Assembly (NCBI RefSeq): GCF_009914755.1
Contig: NC_060931.1
Reading direction: 5' to 3' (one strand)
DNA: 64,000 bases
DNA from: the human T2T-CHM13v2.0 reference genome, Homo sapiens
Shown here: piece after piece, positions 31,105 through 46,011 of the stretch
Layout: each line of letters opens with the position of its first letter
Position numbering within the stretch: the stretch's first letter is position 1
Notes under the pieces: generated by a model
Databases searched by the model: none
What the model was told of the DNA's origin: nothing
Seen by the model: the letters and a program-made list of their open reading frames with translations, nothing else
Translations under genes and position numbers: made by a program

Positions 31105-34100
31105 TCATGTAAAATGTCCTGTGCAGGCTAGTAATTATTTAATGTTGCTCAGATGGTGGATATATATTTACATATATGGTTACAACGGGAATCTAACTAG
31201 TAATAGAATGTGCAATACAATCGTATTTCTAAGTTAAAATAGGGAGAAAAGGAGGAACAGAAAGAAACTCAGTCAAGTCAGCATAAGAAAAAAAAGTTGG
31301 AAATGAAGGGAATAAAACAAAATTCACTCAATAATCAGCTTAAAATATAATAAAAATATTTTAAGTATTATTTATCACAGTAAATATGAAGCGTTGAATT
31401 TAGGCAATGGCAAATACTGTAAGATTGAATAAAATAAGGAACTCTAGCAGCATTCATTTAGAATTCTCACATGTAAAACAATATATCAAAGACCAGTTGA
31501 AAACAAGAAAATGAACAAATTATAGAAGTACAAACAAAAGGAAAATGGAGTGCAATATTAACATCAGGTAGAGAGCAATTCAAGGTCAAAGACAGGAAAA
31601 GAGACTCATCATACCTAATGGTTATTTCGTACTTGCTATTTAGGTTGAACCATATAAAATTGTCATTTTTAGATCAAAAGTAGTCAAATATTGGCAACTT
31701 CAAGAATGTCAAAATAAAGTTATTAAAGTCTTTAAAAATTAAATCAAACCCATCACTGATTATAATTCTAGTAAAGCAAGCATTATTCAACACTGGGCAA
31801 TGTCTAACATTATTAGAAAAAAGAAAAGATTTTTAAAAACCATAAGATTATATTAATAGATGCCAAAATACATTTGCTAAAATTTATTATTAACCATTTC
31901 TAACAAAACCTCTAAGAAAAATAAGACTAAGAAAAAAAACTAAGATGCAAAAACTATAAAAATTAATATTAAATATTTTTATACTATGAAATGATAAAGA
32001 CAATCCAAAGAAAATCAGAAATAATATGAATATGATTATTGCCACTGTATTCATTCACCTTGCTTTTAATAAAATAAGGGCAGGATTTCTTTTTAATAAG
32101 CATAAATATATGAAATTAAGAAAAAACCAGTATTTTTATTTCCCAATTATATGATTAGCTTTGGGAAAAAAATCCAGCAGATTCTTCTGAAAAATTTTAG
32201 ACTTAATAGAAGAGATTAGCACTATAGGTGAATAACTCAATAGCTTTTAAAAATATTCTTATTAGGCAGTTAAAAATGGAAATAGGGAAGAAAACCACAA
32301 TAACTGTTGACTGTCAACTGGCCAACCAGTCTGTTAAAATAATTTTCATCAAGTAAAGCCAAGTTAATTGTTTACTGCATTAAGGGAGACCACAACCTCC
32401 ACAGACTCTTAGTAGAATCATCATATAATGGTTTAGGATTGATGGAAAAAGCAAAATGACAGTTTTGAAACAAATCGTAAAGAGTAAAACCCAACTAAGT
32501 AAACTAATTTTTCTGAAAAGAAGGCTGTTTATCCTAATGAGACCAAGTTGCATAGAATTTGAACAAATGAAATTTCTGGAAATCTCTGAAACAAATAACA
32601 TAATTATTCTCAATGTTATTATCTTGAGCAAAAATTTCCTGGAATAATAATGTTCTGTTAGTGCAGATGATCAAACAGTAAAGTCACCTTAATAGACAGT
32701 CTTAGTCTTAATCTTATTAACCTATGGCTGTTAGTAGGTGGTCCTGTATCTGATGTAGAATCTGTTGTTCTGTATCTCATGGCCAAAATTATAAAATCCA
32801 TAAGACTAAATGTAAGAAGATAGATATAATACATATAAAAACTTGTAAAAATATAATATAAAACAGATTTGAATGGGAAACAGAATAACTGAAATGTGTT
32901 CTAACTATTACATAAATTTAATGCAATTTTAATCAAAATCCTTAGAGAAATTCCAGGGAAAGGAGTTTCTAAAAACTGATTTTACATTTGTTATAAGCAA
33001 GTATATTTGAAAAATTGCTTTACAATTTTGAAAAAAATGAGGTATAATTAACTCTACAATATGGTAACACTTATTATAAATCTTTATTCAAAGCTATATG
33101 GAATTAACCCAAGAATAAATAGCTAAATTAGTGAACGTACTAGAGATTACAGAAACGTATTTTAGAGAAATAGACTTATCTGGGAAGTTAATATATTATA
33201 TATTTGGCATTTTAATGAGTACTAAAAAGATCTTTAATTTGTTGTATAGTTTTATGTAATTGCCATCCACCCAAAAATAAAATATATGAGTCACTTCTTC
33301 ACAATATAAACAAACATAAATTCTAAATGAAATAAAGTTCTAAATGATAAAAACAGTTAATTGTAAAATTTTTTAAAAAGTTAGGAAAATATTTGCCTAA
33401 CATTAAGATGAATATGAACTTTTGCCAGGCAGAAAAACAAAAACTGAAAGACATGAAAATTATACATTTGACTGTTTTAAAAAATCATGTAAAAACACAA
33501 GTATCAAAGTCAAAGGCAAGAAATGGACTAAAAGAAAATTGTTTTAACAATATGAAAATAAAAATATTAATATTTATGATAAGATGAGGACAAGACAAAT
33601 CATCCAACAGAAAAACAGACACAGAATATAAGCAGGTCTTTCGAAAAACAGAAATGGCAAATAGACAATAAATGTAAAAGAATGCTTATCATAGCTAGTT
33701 GTCAAAGAAATGCAGTGATGTGCCATTTTGCACACATCAAATTTGCATAGGCGGAAAGAAAACACCTAATAGGCTACATATGGAAATAAGTACTCACATT
33801 CTGTGGGTAAGATTATATATTGCCATAGCTTTCTAAGTCTACTAAAATTAAAAAGACACATATTTTGAGCCAGCAAATCTTGTTTTGAGGATTCATCACA
33901 CAGATACAAATGTACCAGGTTACAAGTAATTTGTAGCTGTATTTATAGTAATAATTAAGCATAATATATATTTATATAAAATAAATTAGATATAATTTAA
34001 TCATCTTTATTTACATCTTATTTTTATTTACTGTGGTTTCCTTACCAGTTTAAAAAATAGGGACATAAACAGAACAATCATCAAATGGTGAATAGTTGTC

Positions 34101-35994
34101 ATGATTTTAACTCTTTCTATAATCATTTAAAGTTTATCATTTTTCAAGATAGAAATTTAAAAACAACTACACTAAGCTAAATTTCAAGACAATTGTACAA
34201 CACTATTACTTCATATTCAATTTATCCTAGAATTTATCTACAACTACTTTTCACTTGTGAGGTATCATTCTTTTCTTAAATTGTACAATTGCTAAATTAT
34301 GTAAGGATTGTAACAAATTAGCAGACATTAGAAAAAAAAGCATAAATATTCCTTTTTCAACCTAAAATTCCATATATTCAAAGTGTAGCAGTAACTTCAC
34401 CAAATTGCCTCTTTTTCCAAATATTTATGTGACTCTTCTTAACCAAACTTGAAAAAAAAAAATCATCTTCAATACTTCACTCTATTTGTATGCACTCTTT
34501 CTAGGCCCTACTACTTATCAGTTGAACAATGTTTTGTATTTATCTCTTCCATTTCATTCTAACAGTCGTTATTGTTGTCAAAATATTTATCATCTTACAC
34601 CTAAATAAATGACATTATTTAAAACCCGTCTCCTTATAGCTATTCTCTGTCTTGGCATCCCCTCTGCCCAAGTTCTTTTTCAAACTACTACTCTGCTCTC
34701 CTTCCAAGTGCCTATCATCATTGCTTAATATGACAAATACCAACAACTCATTTTGCCCGGCTTTTAAGTTCTTCTGTATCATACATTCCTTCTCCCTTAA
34801 TAGTCTCGGTCTTTGCAATAGTGGCCTTCCACATTCATCCAGAATAGCATCAAGATCAAAGCATGCACAATGACAAACTGTGGTTGCCCCAATCATGCTA
34901 GAAATTTAATAACCTCATAAAATAGTAGACTGTGACTTTTATCCAGAGCAGAAACCAGGTGCACTTTAAGAGAAGAGCGGAAAAAGACTCTTTTCTATTG
35001 TCCCAAGCAACTTAGCTCCATCTCAAACTTACAATCCCACTCCCACAAACAAGCCCTGACACCTACCAAATCTATCCTCTGAAGAACTAAGTTTAAGGAT
35101 CATTCATAGCAACTCCAGTTCTTATTAAAATACTCTTCTAGGAACATAGAGTATTCATTCTCTCCGAAAGAAAGTCTAGAAAAAATCAGCTTTCTCCATC
35201 TTTTTGTATTTCAATGGTGTTTTTCCTCCTGAGTGTTGTTTCAACTCCACTTAGGCAAAGGTTCCCAGGATGACTGCCTGTTTGTCCTACTGCTTAAACT
35301 GTCCTTACACACAGTTCTTTATCACTACATACTTCTGCTCTCCCAGACATAGAAGGTTTCCCTCTTTCCTGCCTGCCTACAGAAATAAAATTTACTCAGA
35401 AGTACTGACTTGAATTTCGCTCTGGCTTAAAGCCTTTTCTAACTAAATCAGAATATATATTTTCCCTTTGGCAAATTATTGTTCTGTTACTGTCTTACCT
35501 ATGCTAGTTTTGTCTCCTGGCAGGAATTTCAAGTTACCAGTGATCAGGCACCCCATGTTTTCTTTATTTCTTTTGTATCTCTCTAATCACATAGCACAAG
35601 CACAGTGACCAGTACGTACCTGTTTATCAATTGAATACTGAAAGCCCTAACAATTGATTTAACAGATCAATGTAAAAACATACTTATAACCAAGAGTAAG
35701 TTGAATTGCTAACTGATTATTTTTTGTTATTTTCAATCATCTCTTGCAATATCACAAAAAGTCTGCACCAAATAGTGTATAAATCAAGAATAATCTGTTC
35801 ACCACTTACCCAATATATTTGACAGTATCACAGGGTTTTGGAATTTTTATTTTTTGGAATTTCCTCCCCCAAAGATTGTACCTGCAAACACCAAAAGCCA
35901 ATCACTGTGTTTCAATTACAATAAAATGATACACCATGGGGAAATGCAGGAGTCCAAGAAATACTCAGAAAGAAGAGAAGCAAGACAAAGTTTC

Positions 35995-36458
35995 TGTGGA
36001 CCAAAATGAAGGCTGTTGAGGCAGAAAAAAATTGATAAAAGTTTAGCTAAATGTGAAGATTGAACCAGGAAGACACACCAACAAAATTAGGCATGTTCCA
36101 AAATCTGTTACAAGTTGAAATATTTTTATAAGAAAGTATAGGAAAAGGAAGGGGGACTCCTCATACCAAAGTTGTCCTTTTTTATTGGAGGGCACAATAC
36201 AGAGGTGACAGTCATTGGCTACAGATGACAACACACAGGCTAAAATGTTTCACGTGCAAGATAATCAGCAAAACTTTATGATTCAGAAAAAAGCCAGTGT
36301 CTTATTCCGTGTCAATAGGTTACGTATTCGTCAGTATAACAGTTTGAGGGACTCACAATAAGATTTTTTACTCAGGAACAGGATGTCAGCTACTAATCAC
36401 AAGACCATCTCCATGTTGTTAATTTGGAAACCGGCCAAATGGGATCTGTAGGTTATCA
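35995..36458 (-). mobile_element. Putative ERV1-like solo LTR, family not identified
   Basis: About 460 bp bounded by tg...ca with an imperfect 4-bp TSD (tttc/tgtc) and an LTR-like layout. Confidence 0.4.
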
Positions 36459-36739
36459 TGTCTATTAAGATGCTCTCTGGTAAGTGTTTTCTATGTTTTC
36501 CAGTGTGAATCGTAATCACAAAAGACACAATCCTGAATGCCATAATCCCAGATCTTGAAGTTCTAAAAAATTAAAATCCCTAAAGTCTAAAATTTCTAAA
36601 GTCTGAAATCCTGAAAATCACAATCACAGTATAGTGGCATCATATTAGGTGGAACTATTGCCTTATTATAGTCTGTATTAGGAAGTTAAGCATGGTTTGA
36701 GGAGATGGGTATGGGTGCTAAATTGAAAAGGGGTGGCTT

Positions 36740-37251
36740 TGTGGACTTAATTTTAGGTGTCAATTGGACTGGGTTAAAGGATACCTCAAAATCTGATAAA
36801 GCATTATTTTGGGTGTGTCTGTGAGAGTGTTTCCAGGTATTAGTGTGTGAGTCTGAGTGGAATGTGTGAGGAAGATCTGTCCTCAATGTTAGAGGGATGG
36901 TATCATCCAGTCCACCGGGTCCTGGAAAGAACAAACACAAAAGGTGAGTTTGACCCTCTCTGAGAGCCAGGACAGACTTTTTTTCTGCTGCCTTGGACAT
37001 CAGAACTCCAAGCTCACGAGGCTTCGGCCTCCAAAACTTACACCAGTAGCTGCCCCGGATTCCAAGACTTTAGGCCTGAGCCACACTCCTGGCATCCCCA
37101 GAGTCTCCAGCTTGAAGATGGCTTGTCATGGGCTTAACATATTGTAGCTACCATAATTGTGTGAACCAATTCCCCTAATAAGTCTTATCCCATATATTTA
37201 TGTGTGTATGTCCTATTGGTTTTGTCTCTCTGGGGAACCCTATCTAATACA
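36740..37251 (+). mobile_element. MLT2B-like ERVL LTR carried inside Ricksha, preceded by ERVL 3' internal sequence and a polypurine tract
   Basis: 'aaaaggggtggctt|tgtgg...ttgggtgtgtctgtgagagtgtttcca...gaaccctatctaataca|gatttggta'. Confidence 0.85.
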
Positions 37252-37305
37252 GATTTGGTATTGGGGAAGATGAATATCATTCCTGATTGTATTTCTTACA
37301 ACACA

Positions 37306-39006
37306 ATGGAGAGATTTGTGAAAATTGTTCCCTTGCAAAAAGGCTATGATAAGTGTACAAGGCTATTTAACAGTGAAAGACAAAAGTTTAAAAGATAATT
37401 ATTATTGGTGCTGGGAAGGCAGAAAATTGCTTACTTGTGACAGCCAAGCAATAACCAGACTTTCATAGGGTGTGTTAGTCTGGGTTCTCTAGAGGGACAA
37501 AACTATATATATAAAGGGGAGTTTATTAAGTATTAACTTACACGATCACAAGGTCCCACAGTAGGCTGTCTGCAGGCTGAGGAGCAAGGAGAGCCAGTCT
37601 GACTCCCAAAACTGAAGAACTTGGAGCCTGATGTTCAAAAGCAGGAAGCATTCAGCACAGGAGAAAGATGTAGGCTGGGAGGCTAGGCCAGTCTCTCCTT
37701 TTCACATTTCTCTGCCTGCTTTATATTCGCTGGCAGCTGATTAGATTGTGCCCACCAGATTAAAGGTGGATCTGCCTTCCCCAGCCCACTGACTCAAATG
37801 TGAATCTCTTTTGGCAATGCCCTCACAGACACACCCAGGATCAATATTTTGTATCCTTCAATCCAATCAAGTTGACACTCACTATTAACCATCACATAGG
37901 AACAGCATATACTTACAAAATTGGTAAGCCAGAACCACCCTCCAAATACAAGTGCAGCTAGTTTTTTGAAGATCACAGAAGTTAAAAGTGAGGAGAAATG
38001 TACAAGAAATCTTCCCCTGACAAATCAATCATATTCAGCTTCTGCCCCAACACACATAGTGTCATGCTTGCCCTCAAAAATGCCCCTTTGGAGAAGAAAA
38101 ACGATTTGACGAACTCAGCAATTTTCCGAACCAAAGACACTTGCTGATATTGAGCTTTCTCCAGTGTTATAAAACACATTAAATAGTGAAGTATTCTTGA
38201 TTGGAGATTTGACTATCAAAGAAAATACACTTCTTATATTTACCACTAAGTCTAATGCAGAAAAACTAGCAAATGTTTCACTTTGGCTAATGGATGACAC
38301 TTTCAAAATTGTCCCTACTGTTTTCATCAGCTATATACAATTCATACCCCTGTTGGTTTCAAAAATTCTAGAACTTATCTCCTTTATGTATTAATGACTG
38401 AAAAAAGTGAAGCACTATATAAACACTTATTTGAAGATTTGGTGAACTTTACAGAAGAAAATGGATTTCAACTGAATCCCCAAACTGTAACAACAGATTT
38501 GGAATTAAGTGCAATCAAGGCTTTTAAAAATGAATTTCAAAGTATTACCAATAAAGTTTGTTTTTTTCCTTTCAACGCAATCCATTTGGTGAAAACTGTA
38601 GATAAGTAGATTGGCCATGTAATACAGCAACAACAAAAACTTTAGCTTTAAAATGCATCATTTGCCTAAATTGGCATTCCTTCCAGCTGATGACATTCTG
38701 GGAGCTTTTAATGAATTAAAGCTTCATTTGCCTGAAGAAGCCAGTGCAGTTGCTGACTGGTTTGAAAATTACGTGCATGGTAGCATCAGAAGTCACACAG
38801 CACTGTTGCTGTTGGATCACTAGTATCGTTTCCACCAATTTTGTGGTCAGTATACTAGTGTGTTTGGAATTTACTTCCATATACCCAAAACAGCATAGAA
38901 GCATGGCACAGAAGGTGGGAAACTTTAATAGAGAATGCTTATGTCAGTGCATATAGAATCAGAGAAGAATTTCAAAAAGAACCGTGCCACATAGAAAATG
39001 AATGTG
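37306..39006 (+). pseudogene. Decayed MULE/MuDR transposase (FLYWCH-like zinc finger and DDE domain)
   Basis: Fragments YYWCWEGRK..C, WLMDDTFKIVP, LMTEKSEALY, TTDLELSAIKAF, KVCFF and [12 protein letters not shown] occur in MULE order. Confidence 0.85.
37471..37896 (-). mobile_element. MLT2A1-like solo LTR inserted in the transposase
   Basis: tgtgttagtc...aaccatcaca; 5-bp TSD taggg/tagga; transposase sequence resumes afterwards. Confidence 0.9.
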
Positions 39007-39380
<374 letters not shown>

Positions 39381-41439
39381 GGCTTTCCTAAAGTCCAAGA
39401 TGTAAAAATGCAAGCAGCAAGATGTGTATTAAACATGTTTTGTTCCTTTTCCACAATAGAACTCCCCTTTCCTTCCCCATCATCTGTTAATGAAAACTTG
39501 TTTGAAACTTTCTGTAGGTCATTTTTAGATATAAATTTTAGAATTAAATATTTACCATATTTTCCTGCCAAAATTGAAATCAGTTGTCTTATTTCTGATT
39601 TTGTATGAGACAAATACCTGTTAAAGCCATCAACCAATTACTGAGGATACTTTTATGATTTTAGTTAACTTAATGAGCTCTCCATCACATTTTATGTAAG
39701 AATTGTTTGAATTTGAAGCTAAGACAAATGGAGCTTTTATGTTGGTACTTATTATATTTTAAGTATAAATATACTTATAAAATTATAAAAATTATTTAAA
39801 ATTAATATATTTTAAAAGTAAATTTTAATATATTTAAATTTTTGAAAATTATATTTTAAATGTAAAGTACTTTATTAAAATATTATTTTTCTTTAAGACC
39901 TCTATTCTACTTTTTCTTTCTAATGATATATATTTAATTTTGCAAAAGTATTTCCAAATGATGCCAGGGAGGTGGAAATTTATGCCAGTCCTAACTACCT
40001 TTCAGTAATTAGAATCCAAGAATTATTAAAACCTTTTTTTCTGAAATTAATCAGCAGCTCTACCATTGCCTGCTAATTGATCATAACGTGAAAAAGGGCA
40101 GAAGTAAAGATGAATTACCATGCAGGGGTATTCATAACATAAGGATAACTGCAATGAGGAACCTCTAAAAAACAGATCAGTCAGTTTGTTCTCTTCTCTT
40201 TTCAATGACCAACCATGAAATTTTCCTTCCAAAATCATGCAACAATTGCTTCTAAAAGTGACTTCAGTGAAATGAAGCATTGGCTGAGTTTAATGCATGT
40301 GCTTCACAATCTAAAACTAGCTTCACTTGATTGCTGAATTCTGTGGTTCTATGGAAACTTTGGTTCTCTTTTCGATGGCATAATGAAACTCATAACCAAC
40401 CTTGGAGACATACTTAAGAGAAGATATTTCTCATATAATTTTTACAAACATTTTCTCACAAAAATTTTTCTCACCACCTGCCAGATTGTGACTCCTGATA
40501 ACTATTCACTCAATCAATGCCCAATAATTCACTCTAGTGAATTAGGTTAAAAGGAACTTTACTAGGGGGACTATAAATGGTGGCACAGGAAATCTAATTT
40601 ACTAAAATTTACTAAAAAGAAAAAAAATACATAACATCCCCTCGCAGTTGTTTATTTATTACTTCAGAAAACGTCTTTACTGAAAGCAATTTGCTCATAT
40701 TAACTAAGGTCTAACTTTAGCATTCTCCCCTTTACATACAGAGAAACACATAGAAAATTAAATATAATTATATTTGAGGAATGTAATTTAAGTAGAACCC
40801 CAATTTTTTAATGCTAAATATAAAATCTCAGAAAATATTATAATCAGAAATACAGAGAGAATAATCTTGGATTGAAATTATTTAGTATTTTAATAAAATA
40901 CTTAATAAAAGATATGCTTATAGGTACTTTGAAAGAGTAGCACTAACAAAAATGGAAAATTTAGGATTTAAAAAATTACAGAAATGATCTAGGCAAGCTA
41001 AATTTTCTGTAGAAATAAACATATTTCTGTTGACCTGTTGTCTCTATTTTCTGAATCATGGAACTTTAAAAATTTCCATATACTTCCAGACATGGAGAAT
41101 ATGTCACAGTTTGATCAATGAACTGGTTTGGATGATGGATTGACAATAAGAATGGGCAAAGGTCTTGAGTTTAGCTAATATCGAGGGATTGGACATGTAT
41201 ATTGATATAGCTATGCAAGAATTAGTCAGCCAAAATAAGATAAAATCATGATTTGGTATGTCCATGTTAAACTCATGGTAGACAGGATTCAAAGGTCAAA
41301 AAGACCAAAGAATAAACACATGACCTCTCATTTTACTTTCTTCCTGGAGTGGGAATCCCTGTGCCTACAAATACTCATCATGGCCAGAAATTGCTCAGAA
41401 ACCTACAGTTAAACCCTGTCCCTCACTGGGGCAGGATAA

Positions 41440-42350
41440 TGATACTTAGATTCGTTGAATATTATATATTGAACACCATGTGCATGGCACTCTGTGAGGT
41501 ACTGTATATATAAGAAGGGCAAAACACACATAATTCCTTCCCTTATGAGCTTACAATATAGAGGCCAACACAAAAATCAAAGACACAAATATACATATAA
41601 AGGACTGAATAGTGTAATAAGGAAAAATGTAGAGTGCTGCCTTACGTTGAGATCTCTAGAAACAGAGCCTGAAATCAGGATTCTTGTGTGAGTAAGTAAT
41701 TGAGGAAGTGTTCTCAGGAAATCAGGATAAGCAGGGAAGAAAGCTAAGCAAGAATGTGGTCTCAGCTGGAAACTGACTTGAACTTCACCCCATGGGGAGC
41801 TCTGGAGAACATGAATTATACCACTGAATTATGCCACATTGAGGCCAGGATATGTCCTTTTTGTAATCCTGGTCATTTAGTCACTGGGTGAGGGCCACCA
41901 GATAGAGTGGGGTTGACAGGAGGAAGCAATTTTTTTGTAATGCTATCCGAGTTAAGATCTGAAGGTTTTATAGCATTTACCTTGGAAAAGAAAAGGAGTA
42001 AGAACATTCAAGGTAGCAAAGAGGTCTCTGGTCACCAAAGATCATGAGAAGATGATGCCAGCCAGTGCAGTACAGACAGCCCGAGAAGTGGTAGATTGTG
42101 CAGAATCATAGAGGCCAAGTCAAAAATTTTGGTTTTAATCCTAAGAGGATTGGGCAGCTTTCAAGCGTTAACAGTAGGGGAGGCACTTAAACATACATGA
42201 ATTTTTAAAAGAGTATTAGAGAAAAAGAATCAGAGTGGGTTAAGACTAGGTCTTGGAATATCATCTGCTGACAATTATAGGAATAGAAAAAGAAATAATG
42301 GTGGTTTTAACTAGAACAGTGATTGCACACATGAATATAAATGGATGCAA
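41440..42350 (-). mobile_element. L2 fragments with an old ERVL LTR (LTR16/33-like, about 41635-41920)
   Basis: L2 motifs 'tattgaacacc', 'ggttttaatcctaag'; LTR motif 'catggggagctctggag'. Confidence 0.45.
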
Positions 42351-45300
42351 GAGATAATTACCATGTTAAACTGATGGAATATGGTAGTGAATGGAAATCA
42401 TGGAAGGTATAAGGAGGTATAACCATACCATATCAGTCTATTATCTTGTATTATTTTCTTTAGCTATGCTCTGCTACCCAGGAACTGGCACAGATAAAGA
42501 GGTCAGTTGATTATTTGCCTGAATATAATGAAAAGGCAAGAGAGCTTATGTCACTGGAGGAGAGTTACTCAAAGCGTGGACCATAGAATTCAAACTGGAC
42601 CAAAAAGAAATGAAGAAAAGATGAGGTTACTAGTAAGAAGAGATAGAGGCACCAACAGGCAGGCTGGAGCTACTGACTGAGGAGCACAGAGGTTCGCTCT
42701 AACTGCTATGTAGAGCTAGTCCAATAATTCCAACTGTGAAATTGTCCAAATTAAATTTATTTGTAATAAGTTTAGGGAAGTATGCATAAAGGAATTATAG
42801 ATGATTTTTACAAAGGAAGAAAAATTCTGGCTATAACTACCAAATCTAGCATGATTCAACAATGTAAAGCAATTGTACTCAAAGCAAACCCATCGCTAAG
42901 AAGATAGACGAGGAAGCAGTGTGTACTTGTCAGGTACCAGTTAGGCAAATATACGCACTGTGGTACTTACTAGGACAGGACAGTGAATTCTTCATCTCAA
43001 CACTAAAACAGATGCAAAGAAATTCAAAAAACCAGTTGAGACCCACAAGAAGTCAAAAATCATCTTAGGATGTACTGAGATATGAATCCTGAGGTCACAG
43101 TTATTTTGCTGTTTGACTTGCTCGAAAATTGCTTCAGTTCTTCATTTTTGAATCTTTATGCACAACATTTGTGAGTTTTGTGTACATTTTGGAGTCCTCG
43201 AATTCCACTAATGTCAAGCAAATGGAAACATGAGTGGAATCAGGAAGCAAAATCTGCAATGTGTTCTCCTGGAATGGGTTGGAAGTGCCTGACAAGCTGC
43301 TCCAATTGGCAATGTGGATCTTGGATCCATGAAAAACACAGCTGTGTAGACCAGGGTGGAGATCAAAGGTTGGAAAACCTATTTTTCTTTTAATGTTGTG
43401 AAAAACCCTATGGTCCAAGAACCACGTATATTTTTGACATAAAGACTGCATAGAGAGAAGTCAAAGGCCTTCAGTTCATAAGTCCCTCGGAAGGACCACA
43501 TATTAGTGAAAAGATGGAAATGAAAGTGCTTAGATATTTTTAATCACATAAAATTTCAACATGAATTTTGGAAGTCTAAAAATACCTTCAACACAGGCAG
43601 AATGGATTTTAACATGCTCCACACTAAACTTTCAGTTCTGAAAATAAATAGCATGCTGTTTATAGCAACACTGGGTTGTTGTTCTGTATTTCTTAAAGGT
43701 GATTATAAACGTGTCAAGATTACATTTGGGGTTCCAGAAGTAGAGCTATTCCCATTATCAGAAATGTTTTTTGCTGAGCTTGGACTGCATCTGTATTAAT
43801 TCTAGTTATGAAAAGGCAAAGTAGAAAAATATGGTAAGGCTATGATCAATCATACTAAAATAATATTTTTTTAAAGTGGCAGTGCTCCATTAACTCATCC
43901 TTTCCCTTTTTCTCTAACATGACATCACATTTTCTTTACCTCTTGCTGCTCCAAATAGTCCAATTTTTGTCTCAAAATATCTCTTCCTGAAGCCAAGAAA
44001 ATCTACAAAACTGTCTCTGATGACTAGACACCTATTCATCTATGTCCTCAACAGTGTCTACCCTCTCATAATCTCCTGAAATTGAATAAACCACCATTGC
44101 TTGATACTCTTTCAAATATGAACTGAAATTGTTAAGTTTTGCCTTCAAGTATGATACCAGATGTGCCAGGGTTGATACTGAAAGGAGGCGCCTTCAGCAA
44201 TTGAATAAAACAGAACTTTCCACTCCCTGGTGATTCCACAGACTTCGGAAGGGGACAGCCAGCAGTTTATAGAGTTAACCTAAGTAGCTTTCTGTGTCAT
44301 TTATTTTTATAGGTTCCTCAGTTTTTTACAATTTCTTGGCAGTGTTTTAGATTCCTACTGAATGCCAGTTCTTAAAAATATCTAGTAAGAACTAAAGCAG
44401 TGCAGGATGATCAATGAATTATTTTAAATACTTTCTAAAAGTATGCTGTTTTTTTTCTGTAATCAACATAATATATTTAGGGAAGTCATTATGGCATATT
44501 GAGGACCTGTGTGACCCTAATGAGGTGGGCCTTTAATGCTTTAATTCATGACAGACATATGTTTTAATAATGTTAGCGTATACCATGCGTTTAAACTGAT
44601 GAGTGTATTATGAAAGTGATTTGCTTTTAATTTGAATAAAGTACTACCAGGGCAATGTATAGTTAAAAGAGTTTCATCTATAGTTAATTATTTAGCTCGG
44701 GGATTTAAAGCTGTGCGGTAATGGGCTTCTCATGTTCTTAACAGAAGTTTAGTTCAACCTTTTAAATGCTATCACAGGTTGGCAGCCAGATCTGGTTGGC
44801 CTTCATTCTTTCAATTTGTTATAGGCTACCTGCTATCAGCTTCAATACCTAGGTTTGCCAGCTGCTCTCGTGTATTCTGGGTAGCCTCATGCAATGCAGC
44901 TCTTATGTACAATTACACAACCATTCCCAACCACTTAAATCTAACATCACCCCAGAACAACAAAGGCAAGTAGGTTCAAACCTATCCCATCCTATGAGTG
45001 TACTAATGTGTAAAATAATTTTTATAAAGGTTTTATGTCAAATGTATTCGATGAGTGTGAGAAAAATAAACTTCTACCCTGCCTAAAATCAGAATTGTCT
45101 CCCTCTCTCTTGCTATGTAAATATGAATATTCTGCTAAAAACTGGGGTAGCTGTTGCTTTCTGTTGCTCTGTGTTACTCATGTTTTCCAGGCCTGGGAAC
45201 AGATGGTGCACCACCTGACTCAGAAGAGTCTAATGTAAGATTCATTGTGCTTCACAGGAAATCAAAGATCAAGCAACAATACAGAAGGTGACGCAGCACC

Positions 45301-45794
45301 TCCTCAACCAGTAACACAGTATGATACAGTCAAGCGGCAAAGGGAGAGGGGAGGGGAGACAGAAACTTAAAAAAAAAAAAAGAAAAAAGAAAAAAACAAA
45401 GAAAGAGCAAAGTAAGTCCACCTGCTTGGAAAACAAAACCTTTAGCCCTTGAAGATTATTATTTGAAAATACAATCAACCTCCATCCCAAACCTTTGTCT
45501 AAGATAATAATAACTAACTTTCTCTCCAAAGGACTTTACTTGAATTTGTCAGCACTAAAAGATTTTTCTGATGTCCTTCAAGAAATGTTTTAAATTCAAA
45601 TCACTTGTAATGCACAGAAGTGGAGGTTGATAGTGATAAGTGTATGAAATTTGTAATTTTAACAAAGCTGTGGAGAAGGGGCCTAGGACAGAATAACTTA
45701 GATTATATGGGGTAAGGAATCTTCACAGCTATTTTAAAGAGTAGCAAGTGCATTGTGTAAGCGTTTCAAACACCCTTCTTCACTTAACCTAGAA

Positions 45795-46011
45795 CAAGAG
45801 TTGGCAAACTATGGCCTTATGGACCAAATGTGGCCAACTGCCTGTTTTTATAAATAAAGTTTTATTGGAACACAGTCATGTTCTTCAACTTGTGCATTGT
45901 ACATGGCTGCTTTTGCACTACAGTAGCAGAGATGAGTCATTATAAGAGATCATATGGCCAAGAAAGTTGAAATGTTTATGATCTTCTACAGAGAAAGCAT
46001 ACTGAACTCTG
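45795..46011 (+). mobile_element. MER58A (hAT-Charlie MITE)
   Basis: 'gttggcaaact...ataaataaagttttattggaacacag'; imperfect 8-bp TSD acctagaa/ggctagaa. Confidence 0.85.

Larger units (their letters stand above)
36501..39006 (+). mobile_element. Ricksha (MULE/MuDR) DNA transposon: left TIR, captured ERVL segment and transposase; right end missing
   Basis: TIR with repeated 'aaaatccctaaagtct' units matching Ricksha; MULE transposase motifs downstream. Confidence 0.85.

Noticed and set aside
36540-36620. Short repeated units resembling a CRISPR array or iterons
   Set aside because: These are Ricksha TIR sub-repeats; no unique spacers or cas genes, and the context is eukaryotic
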